From: Candidatus Nanoarchaeia archaeon | GTDB taxonomy: Archaea > Nanobdellota > Nanobdellia > Woesearchaeales > JANQNC01 | Reading direction: 5' to 3' | Length of the DNA: 32,000 bases | Assembly (NCBI GenBank): GCA_028279745.1 | Contig: JANQNC010000001.1 | Coordinates: 90,001-122,000, forward strand | In this document: positions 1-7,912 of the stretch, piece by piece | Layout: each line of letters begins with the position of its first letter | How positions within the stretch are numbered: position 1 is the stretch's first letter | Made by a program: the position numbers and the translations under genes | Notes under the pieces: model-generated | Database searches by the model: none | What the model saw: only the letters and a program-made list of their open reading frames with translations | What the model was told of the DNA's origin: nothing

Positions 1-140
1 TATTTGCATTCTTTAGGTTCACGCATAGAAGAATCTCTTTTGTTGCCGAACTCTTCTTTGACCTCTTCTACTTTATCCAAAGCACTCATGAAATCATCCA
101 TTATCTGCTTAGCTTCCTTTCTAATCTTCTCTTGATCCAT
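1..140 (-). CDS. N-terminal part of a small acidic protein that runs off the left edge (possibly archaeal GatC-like; weak guess)
   Basis: A minus-strand ATG at 138-140 opens MDQEKIRKEAKQIMDDFMSALDKVEEVKEEFGNKRDSSMREPKECK..., which stays open to position 1. It lies 23 nt downstream of the 164-1105 gene on the same strand. The family guess rests only on recalled N-terminal similarity. Confidence 0.3.
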   Translation of the reverse strand, partial: MDQEKIRKEAKQIMDDFMSALDKVEEVKEEFGNKRDSSMREPKECK

Positions 141-163
141 GAGTAATCTGCTTGAGAACGAAT

Positions 164-1105
164 TTATAAGCTTTTCTTTAAATTAGTATATGGGGTGATG
201 ATTGTAGGAGATTCTTTAACCATAACTTCATAATTCCAACCATTTACGCCTGTAATCTGGCCTTCCCCTGTGAAGTATTGTTTGATAAAACGGGTTTTTC
301 CTCTCATCTTTGTAAAGTAAGTAGAATCTTCTTTAAATCTTCTCAGATGTCCCCTTACTGGGTGTGCGCCTCTTGGTTCTTTAGTCTTATTTCTGAAAAA
401 ATCTTTTGTGTCATCTTCATTTAGGCAGATATAGTGTGGTCTCATTACGGTTTTACGTAAGAACTCTCTTTTTTTCTTTTTGCCATTGCTCTTTGAAGTT
501 AGTTTTTTAGAGCTGTTGTTCTCTTTCAGAATCAGGAAATTCCCGGGATCCATCAGGTAAACTAGCTGATCAACAAATGCGATAGTGTCTTTGCCAACGC
601 AAGATGCCATCTGTAATGGGTTGCTGGGTTGGGGTATGCCTTGGAAGAAGTTTTTACTAAATAGATTGGAGACCTCAACATAAACTTTGGGTCTTGGTTC
701 ATCTATTTTTGCATAAGACACAGAAATGCTTTGAACCCCCTTATCCATTATTGAAGAAACAACAAAATAGTTGTTGTTTGTGTCAATCTCACGCAATATT
801 ATTGCAGACATTGAGTCTTCTATTGCGGTAGTTGTATAAGGAAGGATGAGGTGTTGGTTATTCTGTTTTGATAGTGCAAAATAATCTCCTACATATCTAG
901 AATACTCGTCCCTGTTTTTCCCTGTGCTGGGAATAAGCTTTTCAACAATCATTGGAAACTCAAAAAGAGCTGCTTCTTTGATTATATCTTCAAGAAAAGG
1001 CTTGACTGGACCAATAATGTTTGCTTTTTCATCGTCCCTTAGTTGAGTCTTTGTAAACTCTATTAATGCATCAAATGATTTCCCCATAATGCTATTTAAA
1101 ATCAA
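164..1105 (-). CDS. hypothetical protein, 313 aa, with a Lys/Arg-rich C-terminal third
   Basis: Long ORF with no credible competing frame. Basic patches KKKKREFLRK and RGHLRRFK are present. I recognise no catalytic or family motif. Confidence 0.55.
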   Translation of the reverse strand: MILNSIMGKSFDALIEFTKTQLRDDEKANIIGPVKPFLEDIIKEAALFEFPMIVEKLIPSTGKNRDEYSRYVGDYFALSKQNNQHLILPYTTTAIEDSMSAIILREIDTNNNYFVVSSIMDKGVQSISVSYAKIDEPRPKVYVEVSNLFSKNFFQGIPQPSNPLQMASCVGKDTIAFVDQLVYLMDPGNFLILKENNSSKKLTSKSNGKKKKREFLRKTVMRPHYICLNEDDTKDFFRNKTKEPRGAHPVRGHLRRFKEDSTYFTKMRGKTRFIKQYFTGEGQITGVNGWNYEVMVKESPTIITPYTNLKKSL

Positions 1106-1199
1106 GAAGTTATATATAAACTTAACTACTTAGGAGTAATACACTAGTTAAAACGTAATATTTAAAATAAGAAAACACTCAATAGAGAGATAAAGAGGT

Positions 1200-1712
1200 A
1201 TGAGAATGATTGTAGCATACATACTGCTGTTTTTGCTGTTCTCTTTGATAGGGGGCATGTTGGATACAGCATACAGATCCTTGATGGATAAAAAATTTGC
1301 AAGCAATTGTTTTTTTGGTATTTTCTTCTGCCCAATCTATGGTTTTGGAGCATTATTGATGACACATCTTACGGCCTCAATGCAGGGGATAGATGTTCTT
1401 TTTAGGGTGTTGGTGTATGCATTTTCACTTACATTTCTTGAGTATGTCGGTGCTTTATTTACAGAGAAGGTCCTAAAAAGAAAACTTTGGGATTATTCTA
1501 AGAGGAGGTTGAATTTTCAGGGGAGAATCAACATACAACATTCATTATACTGGTTATTTTTAGCAATTGTATTTGAGTACATCTACTTCAGCTTAGTTTC
1601 GCCAATAGTGAGCTTTCAGTTCTTTCCAATGAAGTATGAGATAATATCTGGTTCATTATTCTTACTTCTGTTTTTGATCTTAACTTTTAGAAGAGCAAAA
1701 AAGATTTCTTGA
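1200..1712 (+). CDS. polytopic membrane protein of the family usually annotated 'putative ABC-transporter type IV'
   Basis: The family-typical strings CPIYGFGALL, LEYVGALFTEKVL..KLWDYS and NFQGRINIQHSLYW are present in a 4-5 TM hydrophobic protein. An AGAGG-like SD lies just upstream of the ATG at 1200. Confidence 0.6.
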   Translation: MRMIVAYILLFLLFSLIGGMLDTAYRSLMDKKFASNCFFGIFFCPIYGFGALLMTHLTASMQGIDVLFRVLVYAFSLTFLEYVGALFTEKVLKRKLWDYSKRRLNFQGRINIQHSLYWLFLAIVFEYIYFSLVSPIVSFQFFPMKYEIISGSLFLLLFLILTFRRAKKIS

Positions 1713-1736
1713 TGCCAAAAGCTTAAATAAAAAATA

Positions 1737-2171
1737 ATGTTTCTTAGGCATATGGGAATGGTAACAGATAAAGTACTAAAAGAGTTTGACATGCAGTACT
1801 GGGAAAAAGTTAGATACAAAGCAGATGAAGATCTGTTTTACAGAGTTAGTGAGGGGGGTGTTGAGACTCCTGTAAGGATGAATAGATTCGACACGCAGAA
1901 TAAACCAAATGCGACTGAAAAAGAATATGAACGAGAGTTGACTGGGGCAGACAAAAGATTAAGAGAGATAATAATGGAGCATGTCGAATGGGTTGTTGGT
2001 GAAGATTTGGTGAGAGAAGGGCATATGGCTCATGGGAATGGAAGTTATATCTCTATCACAAGAGGAGCATGCAATATTCTCTGGAAAAGAAAAAAAGAGA
2101 TGCTGATGGAAAAGTACAATATCGGTTGGAATTCACCACCAGAACAACAGCCGGGAATATTTCTTGATTAA
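1737..2171 (+). CDS. hypothetical soluble protein, 144 aa
   Basis: The ORF has protein-like composition and no recognised motif. Its stop codon overlaps the stop of the convergent 2168-3319 gene in the palindrome TTAA (2168-2171). The start could also be one of the in-frame ATGs a few codons downstream. Confidence 0.45.
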   Translation: MFLRHMGMVTDKVLKEFDMQYWEKVRYKADEDLFYRVSEGGVETPVRMNRFDTQNKPNATEKEYERELTGADKRLREIIMEHVEWVVGEDLVREGHMAHGNGSYISITRGACNILWKRKKEMLMEKYNIGWNSPPEQQPGIFLD

Positions 2172-3319
2172 AGTTTATCTATGATTGGTCTGTAAATATC
2201 TTCAGGAAATAGGATGGGGAATATTTTACTAAACTGATTCTTTTTGTAAGTGTCATGATCAACATCGGGGTTTGTCCTTCTAACTTCTGCGTCAGCTAAA
2301 GTTAAGATTTGAACCTCAACAGGAATTCTTTCGTGTGTGTATTGTCCAAGAGGATGATTTCTAATTTCTTCCCTTGGTGAAGGAAGTCTGATGTAAAACT
2401 TAGTTACGTTAAAGTCATCGCTTGATGTGGAATTAACTTTCTTTCTTCTTGTGTCTTTGAAGTCTTCACGACCAGAACTTATCTGGATATGGGTGCCAAA
2501 ATAACTATCTAATTTGTTTTTAGCTTTATCATCTTCTACAATAAATTCAAAACCTGTGTAATCTTTAATCTCATCTGCGAAAGTATTTCTTAACATTAGT
2601 TTCATCAGTATTGATGCGTGTTTTATCTCTCCATCTTGATCTAGAAGCTTGTTTCTTGAACGAACGGGTTTATCTTTTGTTCCATAAACTTTTATTCCTG
2701 CTTTTGTGTCCCATGAATGAGTGTAGCCTTCAAGATTTACATCTTGAGGATTTGAAAAACTAAAAGTGTTGCTAAACCAATTCAATGCAGCAGGATAGTG
2801 CTTTAAAGAACCGATAACTGCAGGAGACTCATCAATCTTCATTATGTAATTTCCTAGCCCATAATTTCTTACTTTACAGAATGCAGAATAAATGCGGTCA
2901 TGATCAAAGCTTTTTGGTTTTTTCCCATTCTTTGCTTCTATCATATCCTCTCTTGCTTGTTTCAAGTAATCAAAAACATTGATTGGGTTTTCGATGTAGT
3001 CTATCTTGAATAATTTGCCGTATTCGGGCATGTGTTTTTCTAAAAGAAAATTAATTGCTTCAACTCCTCTGTTGATTGCTTTTGTAAACTCATTCTCTAC
3101 AACTGAATCCATTTCATCAGGCATAAATGTATTTCTAAGATAGTTTACAAAGAATGATTCTTGGTCGTTAGCCAGTGGAACTCGGATGCCTTTGAAGTTA
3201 AGGTAGTTTATCTTTGGGTTGAAATGAACAAAAGTTCTCCAAGCCTTCTTTTTGTCTACCGTCTTGGTATGTTCACCATATATCTTGTCTGCTAAAGTGG
3301 GTGTTTCTTCAGGTTCCAT
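2168..3319 (-). CDS. RelA/SpoT-fold (RSH-like) nucleotidyltransferase domain protein, with an unknown N-terminal ~220 aa
   Basis: The C-terminal half carries the ordered RelA_SpoT synthetase-like pattern. The elements are IKHASILMKLMLR (helix with K/R), IKDYTGFEFIV (D-x-x-G-x-x-hhh strand), FNVTKFYIRLP, and IPVEVQILTLADAEV...HDTYKK (compare vEIQIRT...W....H..YK). The match is divergent and was read by eye only. Confidence 0.45.
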   Translation of the reverse strand: MEPEETPTLADKIYGEHTKTVDKKKAWRTFVHFNPKINYLNFKGIRVPLANDQESFFVNYLRNTFMPDEMDSVVENEFTKAINRGVEAINFLLEKHMPEYGKLFKIDYIENPINVFDYLKQAREDMIEAKNGKKPKSFDHDRIYSAFCKVRNYGLGNYIMKIDESPAVIGSLKHYPAALNWFSNTFSFSNPQDVNLEGYTHSWDTKAGIKVYGTKDKPVRSRNKLLDQDGEIKHASILMKLMLRNTFADEIKDYTGFEFIVEDDKAKNKLDSYFGTHIQISSGREDFKDTRRKKVNSTSSDDFNVTKFYIRLPSPREEIRNHPLGQYTHERIPVEVQILTLADAEVRRTNPDVDHDTYKKNQFSKIFPILFPEDIYRPIIDKL

Positions 3320-3387
3320 TGGGTTTAGGGGTGTTTTAGGGTTTATAAATCTTTCTATTTGTTACCACTTTAGAAGGACAATATTAA

Positions 3388-3515
3388 CGCCGGCGGCAGG
3401 ATTTGAACCTGCATATCCAGAGGAAACTGGTTCTCACAAAGGCAAGCCTTTCTGGACACCCAGCAAAGCTGTGCATTTTCGAGACCAGCGCAATACCAGA
3501 TTATGCGACGCCGGC
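3388..3515 (-). tRNA. tRNA-Ser (anticodon CGA) with a 45-nt intron at the canonical 37/38 position
   Basis: Manual cloverleaf. The acceptor is GCCGGCG/CGCCGGC with discriminator G, and U8 is present. The D arm is GCAU-AAUCUGGUA-UUGC with G18G19. The anticodon stem is CUGGU/ACCAG and the loop is CUCGAAA (anticodon at 3479-3481). The long variable arm is UUUCCUCUGGAUAU and the T arm is GCAGG-UUCAAAU-CCUGC. The intron at 3433-3477 contains two small hairpins. No CCA is encoded. Confidence 0.85.
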
Positions 3516-3517
3516 AG

Positions 3518-4660
3518 TTAAAAACGCGAAATCTTAAGATTTTTCAAAGCATCCTCAAACTCTTCTGTAATATCTAAATTTTCTTCAGCTTTTTGGATCA
3601 TCTCAATTGAGGCTTTAGTTTCAGGATGTTCTGCAACATAATAAGAACAGCAGTCATCATAAGGTTGAATGCTAACCTCATATGTGCCAACTTCTTTTGC
3701 AATGTCAATTATCTCTTGTTTATTCATACCAATCAAAGGCTTCAAAACTAATTTATCAATGTCAAAGTATATGCTTTCCATGTTCTCTAAAGTTTGAGAA
3801 GCAACTTGCGCAATGCTATCTCCTACAATCAAAGCTTTAGCTTTTTCTTTGTTTGCAATTCTTGAAGCAAGCTTAAGCATAAGTCTTTTGTATATGAGCA
3901 TCCTTAATTTAGAAGGAACATTCTTGATTATTTTTCTTTGGATCTTATCAAAAGGAACGATGTAAAGTTTAGCTCCATTTTGAAATGTTGAAAGAACTTT
4001 AGTCAGGTCTTCAATCTTAGATTGGACAGCTCCAGTATTTAATAATCTGTTCTGGAAATGAACATAAGAAACTTTAGAACCTCTCTTAGAAAACATTGAA
4101 CCTGCAACTGGAGAGTCAATACCTCCAGATAAAAGACATAATGTTTTGGCTGAGGAGCCTGTAGGCAATCCCCCAACACCCTTAATCTTTTCTTTTGACA
4201 GATAAGCTTGTTTATTACAAAGTTCAATAGTTATTTTTGTATCTGGGTTGCTTAAGTTAACTTTTAGCCCTGTTTCTTTTACGATAAAAGCACCAACTTC
4301 TTTGTTGACATCATGAGATGTAAGTTCAAAATTCTTATTTCTTCGTTTTGTGTTAATGCCAAATGTCTTTTCTTTTCCAGTAATGAGAGTTAGTGCTGTT
4401 TTGTTAATGTCTTTAAGATCAAGATCTGTCTCTTTACCAATAGAAAAGTTAGTTATTCCTGGAACCTTTTTTATGATCTCAATATCTTTTGGGGTCACAT
4501 CTTTCTTGAAAGTTGCAATGTAATATCCATATTCTTTCTTTATCTTGTCAGTCTTCTTACCAAATGTTTCCTGCATATTACTTAGCAGAAGTCTTTCAAA
4601 GTAGTCTCTATTGCCTTTTTTCAATGCTATTTCGTCATAATGTATAATTATATGTTTCAT
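3518..4660 (-). CDS. thiI: tRNA 4-thiouridine(8) synthase ThiI (THUMP domain plus PP-loop, no rhodanese domain)
   Basis: The PP-loop motif LLSGGIDSPVA is present, with an N-terminal ferredoxin-like/THUMP region. The 380-aa length is typical of archaeal ThiI. Confidence 0.85.
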   Translation of the reverse strand: MKHIIIHYDEIALKKGNRDYFERLLLSNMQETFGKKTDKIKKEYGYYIATFKKDVTPKDIEIIKKVPGITNFSIGKETDLDLKDINKTALTLITGKEKTFGINTKRRNKNFELTSHDVNKEVGAFIVKETGLKVNLSNPDTKITIELCNKQAYLSKEKIKGVGGLPTGSSAKTLCLLSGGIDSPVAGSMFSKRGSKVSYVHFQNRLLNTGAVQSKIEDLTKVLSTFQNGAKLYIVPFDKIQRKIIKNVPSKLRMLIYKRLMLKLASRIANKEKAKALIVGDSIAQVASQTLENMESIYFDIDKLVLKPLIGMNKQEIIDIAKEVGTYEVSIQPYDDCCSYYVAEHPETKASIEMIQKAEENLDITEEFEDALKNLKISRF

Positions 4661-4737
4661 TACAAGGAGAAATGAGGGATTTGTTTAAAAGTGTTATCTT
4701 TATATTATGCAAGAATAAGAAAAAATCAATAAGAATG

Positions 4738-4890
4738 TTATTTGCTCTGAACGTCTTTTTGAATGTTTTCAAGAATGTTTTCAACTTCTTCGTGGTCAAC
4801 ATTGCATCTGCCCTGAGCTTTAGGTTTTTCTTTCTTCTTCTTTGCGTTTTCAAGCATAGATTCAACAAAATTCTGGGTTCCGTCAGTCAT
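4738..4890 (-). CDS. possible small hydrophilic protein, 50 aa
   Basis: My own translation is MTDGTQNFVESMLENAKKKKEKPKAQGRCNVDHEEVENILENIQKDVQSK*, which is below the ORF-track cutoff. Its composition is protein-like, whereas the antisense ORF 4672-4959 (+) is F/L/V/K junk. No homolog is recognised. Confidence 0.3.
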   Translation of the reverse strand: MTDGTQNFVESMLENAKKKKEKPKAQGRCNVDHEEVENILENIQKDVQSK

Positions 4891-4915
4891 ACGTTAATTT
4901 TGGAATTTTACATAT

Positions 4916-5926
4916 TTAAAGTTTTTGTTTATTTTTTAGAAATCCTTGCTTGTTTATGAATCTGATAACTTTTTTTGCAGTTTGTTTTGTAAACGTATTA
5001 TAGATTTTGTATGTAAGTTTGTTGTTATCAAATAAGGGCATTTTATTCTTCCATAACTTCAAAAGATAATGGGGTGGGGGGTCAGATAAGATAACTGGGT
5101 TTTTTCTTTTCATCCACAAGACTTCGGTAAATCCTGAAGGCATACCTATCACAAGGTCGCATTTAGATAGGATTTCAGTCTCAGCAGCAAAACCTATCCC
5201 TTTTAGATAAGTGCAACTTTCTGAAGGAATATTTAGGCTTTTTGTTGTGTATTTTGCGTTATGTTCACCATTCACAAATGCGCCTTTGTTTTTTATGTTG
5301 TCGGTGAGAGTTGAAATACTTTGTTTGTTCATTCCACATATAAGGATGTGGGCATCATATATTTCTATAAGTTTATTGAAAAGATCGCTTTTTGTTTTAA
5401 TTATCTGTTTTTCAGATTTTTGAAAGAAACCTTTTATTGCTCCTTTTTTAGTACGATAACGCCATAAATAACCGATGGTGACTTTTTTATCAAAAATGGA
5501 AGGATCTATATTGTTTTCTTTCATGCAGATGGGCAAGTATCTTTTTCCAATTTCACTTAAATCTAAGCTTAAACCAGATCTGGCAAAGTTGTGTTTTTCG
5601 ATTATGTTCCATGGAAGATTATGTTTTTTGAACTTTCTCCTGATGTTTATGGGTAGTTTGTCTAAGATTTTTTCTTTTAGCTCTGGGTCATTAATTTGGA
5701 ACTGGTAAAAATAATCTATGTCAACTTCAGTTATCTTATCCGCAAGATAAACCTCATCTAACATGTCTAACTTATAGTGTTTCATAGCATCCAAACGGTT
5801 ATCAACTGCAAAGAAGCCTATCCAAGACTCGTTGTCTTTCTTTATTTTTTTAATTGAGCATAACTGTTCATAACAATCTCCCAACGCACCATGGATTATT
5901 GTCCCAACTCTTTTTTTATGTGTCAT
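4916..5926 (-). CDS. GT-B glycosyltransferase, family-9 (heptosyltransferase)-like
   Basis: The N-terminal IIHGALGDCYEQLCSIKKIKK resembles GT9 (i..lgaLGDv....P.l.aLk). The C-terminal TEILSKCDLVIGMPSGFTEVL...NPVILSDP resembles GT9 (l..adLvIgnDSGpmHlA...tPtvaLfGp). The match is motif-level only. Confidence 0.45.
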   Translation of the reverse strand: MTHKKRVGTIIHGALGDCYEQLCSIKKIKKDNESWIGFFAVDNRLDAMKHYKLDMLDEVYLADKITEVDIDYFYQFQINDPELKEKILDKLPINIRRKFKKHNLPWNIIEKHNFARSGLSLDLSEIGKRYLPICMKENNIDPSIFDKKVTIGYLWRYRTKKGAIKGFFQKSEKQIIKTKSDLFNKLIEIYDAHILICGMNKQSISTLTDNIKNKGAFVNGEHNAKYTTKSLNIPSESCTYLKGIGFAAETEILSKCDLVIGMPSGFTEVLWMKRKNPVILSDPPPHYLLKLWKNKMPLFDNNKLTYKIYNTFTKQTAKKVIRFINKQGFLKNKQKL

Positions 5927-6007
5927 TGTTGTTGTGAAGTGGGAGTCATTAAAATAAGTTTAGTTTATTGAGTTAAATTTATAAAAGAAGCAATTTATAA
6001 ATAAAAC

Positions 6008-6724
6008 ATGAACGTGGGATTGAAGCTTTATTATGATGATCAGCCGTTCTTTGAAAAATTCAAAGACCATGTAGACTTTTTTGAAGTAGAAGCATTTCCA
6101 AGATTTCACTTTGATTTTTTGAATGATTATGACATGCCGTTTGTAGTTCATGCGCCGATGTGGGCGCAGGGAGTAAATTTGGCAAACCCTGAAAGAGAAG
6201 AGGTGAACGTGGCAAATATGAGGCATGCACAAGAAGTTGCTGACAGGCTAGATGCAAAATACATAATAGTTCACCCTCATCTACAAGAACATGCTGGATG
6301 TAACACAGACAATACTGCAAAATTCATAAAAGCTTTGAAGGATAAACGAATAATTGTTGAGAACATGCCCTTCTTGTGCTCAGAGTATATGGGTTATCTG
6401 TACAGTGCAGAAAAGATGAAGGAGTTCAAGAAAAAACACAAGATAAACTTTTGCTTGGATTTTGCACATGCATCCGAAGCGGCAGAAGCACTACATGAAG
6501 AACAGATAAGTTTTTTAAGAAGATTTGTTGCATTAAAACCCGTACACTATCATCTATCTGATACGAAGATAAAAACTTTGACTGATCTGCATCTGCATTT
6601 ACGGGAAGGCGATTTACAGTTGAATGAAATTAAAAAATTAATACCTCAAAAAGCGTTTGTGACATTAGAAGTAAAACATCATCCAGATAAAGCACAACAA
6701 GACTTAGAATTTATGAGACTTTAA
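6008..6724 (+). CDS. xylose-isomerase-like TIM-barrel protein (sugar-phosphate isomerase/epimerase or AP-endonuclease-2 superfamily)
   Basis: The characteristic strand-end motifs occur in order: FVVHAP, YIIVHPH, IIVENMP, FCLDFAHA, HYHLSD and VTLEV. Confidence 0.6.
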   Translation: MNVGLKLYYDDQPFFEKFKDHVDFFEVEAFPRFHFDFLNDYDMPFVVHAPMWAQGVNLANPEREEVNVANMRHAQEVADRLDAKYIIVHPHLQEHAGCNTDNTAKFIKALKDKRIIVENMPFLCSEYMGYLYSAEKMKEFKKKHKINFCLDFAHASEAAEALHEEQISFLRRFVALKPVHYHLSDTKIKTLTDLHLHLREGDLQLNEIKKLIPQKAFVTLEVKHHPDKAQQDLEFMRL

Positions 6725-7038
6725 GATTTCTTGATAGTTAATCTAACAGAACCAAGATTGTATTTTTCTCTTATCTTGTAAGAAGAGTTCAGATCTTTCT
6801 TAAGCTCGTTAATCCTTTGTTTTATAATTTCAGATTCGGAGTCTTTCTCATCAGAATCATAATGAAGTCCTTCGTAACCAACTTTTTTCCTGCCAACTTG
6901 ATAGTCAACTTTTACTTGTCTGCTTCCATCAGTGAACGTTCTTGATTTGGTCTCAGCTTTGATACTAACACTCTTCTTTCCAGTTAAAGCTAGAAGTATA
7001 GAAAGTTTAATGTCACTCATACTGGTTTCTTCTGTCAT
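6721..7038 (-). CDS. hypothetical protein, 105 aa
   Basis: The ORF is 6721-7077. A TATA-like box (minus-strand CTATATAAATATC, about 7058-7070) lies inside the first 13 codons, so I place the start at the ATG at 7036-7038 (MTEETSMSD...). No motif is recognised. Confidence 0.45.
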   Translation of the reverse strand: MTEETSMSDIKLSILLALTGKKSVSIKAETKSRTFTDGSRQVKVDYQVGRKKVGYEGLHYDSDEKDSESEIIKQRINELKKDLNSSYKIREKYNLGSVRLTIKKS

Positions 7039-7154
7039 ACTAGCAAAAATGACCAGATATTTATATAGTTTTTCCAAGATTAATATACAAAAACCTATAT
7101 TAATGACAACTTTTATATACTAGTTTGGTCTACTTTTAAACAAGGGGTGGACAA

Positions 7155-7544
7155 TTGGAGATACTATTTGACAGATTCAACTTGCCAGAAGACATTTTTA
7201 AGATAGTTTTCCCAACAGAAAGACAGCAAGTAGTTGCAAAACTTCTAATAAAAAGGATAAAAGATAATAGTGGTACAATTGGCAAGACAGAGATGTCAAT
7301 GTTTGCAACTGAATTGCATGAAGGCACACTAGTTGATAACAGACCAGATATGGATCCTTTTAGGCGGAGTGAGAAGCCAAAAATTTCATACAACAAAAGA
7401 CAGTTCTATGATAGGATATTAACTCCTTTGAAAAGTATGGGTATGATAGACTATGACCTGTACAAGAAACAATATATGCTTTCCGATAAATTCAACAAGT
7501 CAATGATCAAGATAGGATTGTTGTGGTTGAGAGAGATTAGATAG
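7155..7544 (+). CDS. hypothetical protein, 129 aa, possibly a winged helix (TTG start)
   Basis: TTG at 7155 is preceded by AAGGGGTGG (7142-7150), and a TATA-like TTTTATATAC lies at about 7113-7122. There is no in-frame ATG for about 45 codons. The C-terminal LTPLKSMGMIDYDLYKKQYMLSDKF looks like a wHTH wing. Confidence 0.4.
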   Translation: MEILFDRFNLPEDIFKIVFPTERQQVVAKLLIKRIKDNSGTIGKTEMSMFATELHEGTLVDNRPDMDPFRRSEKPKISYNKRQFYDRILTPLKSMGMIDYDLYKKQYMLSDKFNKSMIKIGLLWLREIR

Positions 7545-7546
7545 TC

Positions 7547-7912
7547 TTAGTTGTAGAGTTTGTGAATGGTTTCTGCTAACTTCTTTATTATAATAACAGA
7601 ATAACCCCAACTTAAAGTGATCCAGATAGGTATTCCAAGATAGGAAGGATTGTTGTATGTCCAAGCACCACTATATACCATGATGATTTCGCCAATCTGG
7701 AAAAAGATTGCAGCTATCAGGAATAAAGTCAGATCTTCTTTATTGTGCAAGACAAAGATAAGAACTACAAAAGTTAAAAGGTATAATGCTGTCAATGCTA
7801 TATTATGTTTCCAAAACAAAGCCATAGTCAAAACTAATGCGAATAGAGCAAATATCTCAAATGTGATGTTTTTACAAAAGACTTTAAGCTTTTTTCTCAT
7901 TTTTTTTACCAT
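7547..7912 (-). CDS. small integral membrane protein (4 TM)
   Basis: Hydrophobic ORF of 121 aa. It overlaps the 3' end of the upstream MATE gene by 29 nt, or by 17 nt if the start is the ATG at 7900. Confidence 0.5.
   Translation of the reverse strand: MVKKMRKKLKVFCKNITFEIFALFALVLTMALFWKHNIALTALYLLTFVVLIFVLHNKEDLTLFLIAAIFFQIGEIIMVYSGAWTYNNPSYLGIPIWITLSWGYSVIIIKKLAETIHKLYN

Noticed and set aside
2168-2171. Overlapping convergent stop codons (TTAA) as a regulatory feature
   Set aside because: This is a trivial consequence of tight packing. TAA read on both strands of TTAA is common in AT-rich genomes.
3252-3521. 89-aa + strand ORF
   Set aside because: It spans the tRNA-Ser gene on the opposite strand and the 5' end of the RSH-like gene. 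The open frame is explained by the GC-rich tRNA sequence.
4672-4959. 95-aa + strand ORF preceded by AAGGAG
   Set aside because: The SD-to-ATG spacing is only about 2-3 nt, and the product is an F/L/V/K low-complexity string. It is antisense to a more protein-like 50-aa ORF and overlaps the 3' end of the GT9-like gene. I have low confidence either way.
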